From an archaeon (GTDB lineage: Archaea > Nanobdellota > Nanobdellia > Pacearchaeales > JAPDKA01), in NCBI GenBank assembly GCA_029258825.1, contig JAPDKA010000003.1, positions 66,065 to 130,064 of the forward strand: 64,000 nucleotides of DNA, read 5' to 3'. Below, in pieces: positions 63,999 to 64,000 of this stretch. The first letter of the stretch is position 1; each line of letters begins with the position of its first letter. The notes beneath the pieces are model-generated. The model was given only the letters and a program-made list of their open reading frames with translations, ran no database searches and was not told the origin of the DNA. A program made the position numbers and the translations under genes.

Positions 63999-64000
63999 AG

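Overview
AT-rich archaeal chromosomal window with lysine-rich low-complexity protein tails, probably from a DPANN-like or similarly small-genome archaeon. TGA, TAA and TAG all act as stops.

1-9.8 kb: the 3' part of the archaeal ribosomal-protein superoperon in canonical order: uS3 (partial), uL29, aSUI1, RNase P Rpp29, uS17, uL14, uL24, eS4, uL5, uS14, uS8, uL6, eL32, eL19, uL18, uS5, uL30, uL15, SecY. A disrupted PNPOx-like pseudogene and a compositionally odd gene follow where adk/cmk normally sit.

Other recognisable genes include the L7Ae-S28e-L24e cluster, Hsp20, a ZIP transporter, TFE, a rhomboid, proteasome beta with aCPSF1/FttA, tRNA-Ser(GGA), aEF-2, a presenilin-like protease, TrpRS, TrmB, Mre11/Rad50, aIF2beta, aIF1A, RIO1, a KH protein, tRNA-Asn(GUU), a CooS-like prismane protein with a DUF1858 partner, an MFS transporter, topoisomerase IA, signal peptidase I and Nth.

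Most notable observations:
- A ~3 kb compositionally atypical island (17.6-20.6 kb) bounded by perfect 86-bp direct repeats. One repeat copy is the 3' end of a gene, so the pair looks like attL/attR. No integrase is present.
- A conserved uncharacterised module: two NifX/NifB-like proteins, a ferredoxin-DUF5320 fusion, an MBL hydrolase, a permease and two MinD-like ATPases with inserted ferredoxin domains (25.8-30.4 kb). Detached DUF134 and DUF5320 genes lie elsewhere, and the DUF5320 promoter is embedded in three copies of a perfect 14-bp palindrome, TGAATATATATTCA.
- A 494-aa protein built from about 38 tandem decapeptide repeats encoded by 30-bp DNA repeats, next to a DUF4145/HEPN-like protein.
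- An MltB-like lytic transglycosylase in an archaeon.
- A 1727-aa surface protein with MopE-like Cys/Asp repeats, a beta-helix, a PKD-like region and a C-terminal TM anchor with a poly-Lys tail.
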